Below, in pieces: positions 24,774-28,287 of a stretch of DNA of 28,287 nt. The DNA is taken from assembly GCA_045863235.1 (NCBI GenBank), contig BTUM01000096.1, positions 1-28,287 of the forward strand, written 5' to 3'. Position 1 is the first letter of the stretch. Each line of letters starts with the position of its first letter. The notes below the pieces were generated by a model. The model saw only the letters and a program-made list of their open reading frames with translations. It did no database searches and was not told the origin of the DNA. Source of the stretch: Candidatus Xenobia bacterium (GTDB lineage Bacteria > Vulcanimicrobiota > Xenobia > Xenobiales > QWHO01). The position numbers and the translations under genes are program-made.

Positions 24774-26812
24774 TCCAGACCCTGGCCCAGAAGCTGGCGC
24801 TGAAACCGGCTCAGGTGCAGGCCACGGTGGAGCTGGTGGACGCGGGCAACACGCTGCCCTTCATCGCCCGCTACCGCAAGGAGGCCACCGGAGGGCTGGA
24901 TGAGGAGCAGCTGCGCACCCTGATCGAGGAGCTGAAGTCGTATCGAGCCCTGCAAGAGCGGCGTGAAGCCATTTTGAAGTCGCTGCGCGAGCAGGACAAG
25001 CTGAATGCGGAGCTCGAGCGCGCCGTGGCGGCGGCCGAGAGCCTGACCCGGCTGGAAGACCTCTATCTGCCTCATCGTCCCAAGCGCAAGACTCGGGCCA
25101 GCATCGCCCGCGAGAGGGGGCTGGGGCCCCTGGCCGAGCGCATCCTGGCTCAGGCACCAGCTCCCCTTCAGGGTACGCCGGAAGAGCTGGCCGGAGCCCG
25201 CGACATCGTGGCCGAGACCGTGGCCGAGCATCCGGATGTGCGCCGGCTGGTGCGCGAGAAAGCGCTGCGCTTTGCCACCCTGATCGCCCGCAAGATCGAG
25301 AAGGCCGAGGACCCGCGCGGGGTCTTTGCCACCTACTATGAGTTCACATGTCCGGTGGGACGCCTGCGCCCGCACCAGACCCTGGCCCTGGATCGCGGCG
25401 AGCACGAGAAGATCCTGCGCTTGAGCCTGGAGATCCCCGAGCGCGACTGGCGCGAGGCCGTCAGCCTGGTGTTCCGGGCCAACCCGCGCTCGCCCTGGAG
25501 CGCTCAGCTGACCGAAGCCATCGAGGATGCCGCCGCGCGCCTGCTCTTGCCTGCCGTAGAGCGCGAGACCCGCCGGCACCTGACCCAGGCCGCCCACCAG
25601 CATGCCATCTCCAGCTTTGCCACCAACCTGCGCGGTCTGCTCTCCACTCCGCCGCTGGCAGGCCACACCGTGCTGGGTATCGACCCCGGCTTTCGCACCG
25701 GCTGCAAGGTGGCCGTGGTCGATCCCACCGGCAAGGTTCTCACCACCGGCACCATCTATCCCCACGAGCCTCAGCGCGACCGTTCCGGCGCCCTGCGCAC
25801 CCTGCAGGACCTGATCGCCCGCCTGAAGGTGACCCTGGTGGCCATCGGCAACGGCACCGCCTCGCGCGAGACCGAGCAGCTGGCGGCCGAGCTCAAGGTG
25901 AGCTACCTGATGGTGAGCGAGGCAGGGGCCAGCGTCTACTCGGCCAGCCCGCTGGCTCGGGCCGAGTTGCCCGAACTGGACGTCAGTCTGCGCGGGGCCG
26001 TCTCCATCGCTCGCCGGGCTCAGGACCCGCTGGCCGAGCTGGTCAAGATCGAGCCGCGCTCGATCGGGGTGGGCATGTACCAGCACGACGTCGACCAGGC
26101 TGGTCTTGAGGATGCGCTGGGAGCGGTGGTGGAGAGCGTCGTCAACCAGGTTGGGGTGGATCTCAATACCGCCTCGCCGGCCCTGTTGACCCATGTAGCC
26201 GGCATCGGCCCCAAGCTGGCCGAGAAGATCGTGGCCCACCGCGACGCCAGGGGCCCCTTCGGCGAGCGACGCGGGCTGCTCAAGGTGGCCGGCCTGGGGC
26301 CGAAGGCCTTCGAGCAGGCGGCCGGATTTCTGCGCATCCGAGGGGGTAAGAATCCGCTCGACGCCAGCGCCATCCATCCCGAGAGCTACCCCCTGGCGGA
26401 GGCCATCTTGAAGGCGGCCGGCCTGAGCCTGGCCACGCCGCCCGCTGAGAGGGCCGCCCACCTGAAGATCCCGGCCGCCGAGCTGGCCCGTCAACTCTCA
26501 GCCGGCGAGCCGACCGTGCAGGACATCCTCGAGCAGCTGGTCCGGCCCGGTCGCGATCCCCGCGAAGATCTGCCTCCTCCGCTGTTGCGCCAGGACGTGC
26601 TCAGCCTGGAAGACCTCCGGCCGGGCATGCGTCTTTCGGGCACCGTGCGCAACGTGGTTGACTTCGGGGCTTTCATCGACATCGGAGTCAAGCAGGATGG
26701 CTTGCTGCACGTAAGCCAGTTGCGCGGCCAGCGACTGGCGGTGGGCCAGGTTCTCGAGGTCGAGGTACGCCAGATCGAGCACCAGCGTGGTCGGATCTCC
26801 CTGGGCCTGTAG
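24761..26812 (+). CDS. tex: Tex (YhgF) family RNA-binding transcriptional accessory protein
   Basis: GNTLPFIARYRKEATGGLDE, LEDLYLP, GIDPGFRTGCK, IGNGTASRETE, VSEAGASVYSAS, QDPLAELVKI, IGVGMYQHDV, HhH and S1 domains. Confidence 0.97.
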   Translation: MQPLIQTLAQKLALKPAQVQATVELVDAGNTLPFIARYRKEATGGLDEEQLRTLIEELKSYRALQERREAILKSLREQDKLNAELERAVAAAESLTRLEDLYLPHRPKRKTRASIARERGLGPLAERILAQAPAPLQGTPEELAGARDIVAETVAEHPDVRRLVREKALRFATLIARKIEKAEDPRGVFATYYEFTCPVGRLRPHQTLALDRGEHEKILRLSLEIPERDWREAVSLVFRANPRSPWSAQLTEAIEDAAARLLLPAVERETRRHLTQAAHQHAISSFATNLRGLLSTPPLAGHTVLGIDPGFRTGCKVAVVDPTGKVLTTGTIYPHEPQRDRSGALRTLQDLIARLKVTLVAIGNGTASRETEQLAAELKVSYLMVSEAGASVYSASPLARAELPELDVSLRGAVSIARRAQDPLAELVKIEPRSIGVGMYQHDVDQAGLEDALGAVVESVVNQVGVDLNTASPALLTHVAGIGPKLAEKIVAHRDARGPFGERRGLLKVAGLGPKAFEQAAGFLRIRGGKNPLDASAIHPESYPLAEAILKAAGLSLATPPAERAAHLKIPAAELARQLSAGEPTVQDILEQLVRPGRDPREDLPPPLLRQDVLSLEDLRPGMRLSGTVRNVVDFGAFIDIGVKQDGLLHVSQLRGQRLAVGQVLEVEVRQIEHQRGRISLGL

Positions 26813-26882
26813 GCAGAGTGGGTCTGCGGCGGTCCGGCTCAGAATTCCCATGGGCTTGAAACCGGTCAGTCGGAAAACTTTG

Positions 26883-26891
26883 TGCTATTCT
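26883..26891 (+). promoter_or_regulatory. Putative extended -10 element
   Basis: TGcTATTCT ends 6 nt before the ATG at 26898. Confidence 0.4.
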
Positions 26892-26897
26892 TGAGGT

Positions 26898-28287
26898 ATG
26901 CGGCGCAGACATCGACGGGGAGTGGGTCTGGGCACGGTGCTGGTGGTGGTGGCCCTGGTTGGTACGCTGGGGATGGCTCTGGCCGGGGTTTCGGTGCAGC
27001 ACTTGAGCCTGATGGCCCGAAGTCTCAATCGCTCACAGGCGCTCGATCTGGCCCGTTCGGCCATGGCCATGGGGCTGGAGCGCGTGCTCACCGACAACGC
27101 CTACGGCACCCGCCCGGGCGAGGACACCACCCTGACCTTCACCGACTCTCTGGGGCAGAAAGGTCAGCTGACGTTCGACCAGAGCAAAGCCAGCCAGCTG
27201 AAAATCCCGTACAGCATCAACAACCTGAACGGCACCGGACCGGTGTCGGCCTACGACGGGGATGTCATTCCCCACAAGTCGGTGCACCTGGTGGCGGTCG
27301 GCAAAACGCGCTCGGGAGTGACCAGGAGCGTCGAGGTGATGCTGCGCCTGCCTCCCTATCCCTATGCCGCGGCCTCCGACTTCAACATCGACGCCAGCGG
27401 CATTATCGTGGGCGGACTCGATCCGGGTGCTCCTCTGGGAATGCCGCGCGGGCGCTTGCGTCCGGCCAGCATCTTCTCCAATGCCAAGGGCCGCAACGCG
27501 GTGAGACTGGGAGATCGCAGCACCGTGGCCGGTGACCTGCTGGCCCAGGGCGAGATCGAAGTGGACCGGGGCGCCAGCGTGGCCGGTCAGGTGCGCGAGC
27601 AACAGGAGCCGCGCGACCTGCCCAAGATCAAGATCGAGGACTATGACCCGATCGTCAAAGGACGCCCCTACTTCCCGATGGACGGAGTCTATCCGAGCGG
27701 CCTGACGTTTACGGGCGAGCTGCGCCGGCAGGGCGATCTGACCATCGAAGGGTCGATGGGCTTGCAGGGCGCGGTCATGTTTGTGGATGGGGCCGTCAAC
27801 ATCGCCGGAGCTCTCACGGGTAAAGGCGTTCTGGTGGCCACCGGGGACATCACCGTCAATGACCACGCCGAGCTCTCGGCTCAGGATCGCGTGGCCATCA
27901 TCAGTAAGAAGAAGCTATCCCTGAAAGGCGGTGGCTACCGCAGCTCACTGATTCAGGGAATGCTCTACAGCGAAGGAGGCTTCGAGGCCGACCAGTTGAC
28001 CCTGCGGGGGGTGCTGATCGCCCGCGACGGTGGCAACACGAGCGGAAGGCCCGAAGTGAAGCTGACCAACTCTCGGGTGATCAAGGATAACGGCATCGTG
28101 TCGGTGACCGTTTCCTCGACCTCCTTCATCCTCGAGTTTGGCGAGGACAACTGGCCCATGAAGAAGGGTGGAGGGACGACCACCGGCGGGTCGACCGGAG
28201 TGGAAGTCGTCGATACCACGACCGGTGGGACGACGACCGGTGGGACGACGACCGGTGGGACGACGACCGGTGGGACGACGACCGGTG
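26898..28287 (+). CDS. PilX/GspK-like minor pilin or pilus-associated protein, truncated at the window end
   Basis: Translated by hand: MRRRHRRG|VGLGTVLVVVALVGTLGMALAGVSVQHL...SQALDLARSAMAMGLERV (class III signal-like, no Glu+5; QA...A.S PilX-like helix), then beta-rich repeats. The terminal TTGGT repeats are in the same frame. Absent from the ORF track. Confidence 0.8.
   Translation, partial: MRRRHRRGVGLGTVLVVVALVGTLGMALAGVSVQHLSLMARSLNRSQALDLARSAMAMGLERVLTDNAYGTRPGEDTTLTFTDSLGQKGQLTFDQSKASQLKIPYSINNLNGTGPVSAYDGDVIPHKSVHLVAVGKTRSGVTRSVEVMLRLPPYPYAAASDFNIDASGIIVGGLDPGAPLGMPRGRLRPASIFSNAKGRNAVRLGDRSTVAGDLLAQGEIEVDRGASVAGQVREQQEPRDLPKIKIEDYDPIVKGRPYFPMDGVYPSGLTFTGELRRQGDLTIEGSMGLQGAVMFVDGAVNIAGALTGKGVLVATGDITVNDHAELSAQDRVAIISKKKLSLKGGGYRSSLIQGMLYSEGGFEADQLTLRGVLIARDGGNTSGRPEVKLTNSRVIKDNGIVSVTVSSTSFILEFGEDNWPMKKGGGTTTGGSTGVEVVDTTTGGTTTGGTTTGGTTTGGTTTG
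28218..28287 (+). repeat. 15-bp perfect coding tandem repeat (ACGACCGGTGGGACG), at least 4.7 copies, encoding TTGGT
   Basis: Read directly; runs off the window end. Confidence 0.95.

Noticed and set aside
1..28287. Frequent CTCGAG as a highly iterated palindrome
   Set aside because: Mostly explained by Leu-Glu codon pairs in GC-rich genes; enrichment cannot be shown without a Markov-model count.

Overview
GC-rich bacterial window, gene-dense. Both ends stop inside coding tandem repeats, so it is probably a whole assembled contig. Left to right: (1) a truncated multi-TPR protein with an acidic 16-aa repeat tail, missed by the ORF track; (2) a translationally coupled NodU/CmcH carbamoyltransferase and an atypical RaSEA-like radical SAM gene; (3) a 7-gene minus-strand operon of PspA/IM30 (bacterial ESCRT-III family), a membrane-anchored NMT1/SsuA-type solute-binding protein fused to an OmpA-like peptidoglycan-binding domain, an ABC permease and ATPase, a membrane coiled-coil protein, a classical-clade AAA+ ATPase and a coiled-coil protein; (4) several hypothetical proteins and an S41 protease; (5) a 955-bp apparently non-coding region with palindromes and tandem repeats; (6) a coupled Crp/Fnr - Clp N-domain - Hen1 - Pnkp RNA-repair operon; (7) a LysM-like / small protein / Zn-ribbon operon; (8) FmdB-type Zn ribbon plus Tex; (9) a truncated PilX-like protein, also missed by the track. 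The best candidate for an undescribed system is the PspA + peptidoglycan-tethered ABC + AAA+ ATPase operon. Next are the carbamoyltransferase/radical SAM pair, the extended Hen1-Pnkp operon, and a three-copy palindromic family (TGTAGTGYAAA-N8/9-TTTRCACTACA). All family calls come from reading motifs by eye; no database search was run.
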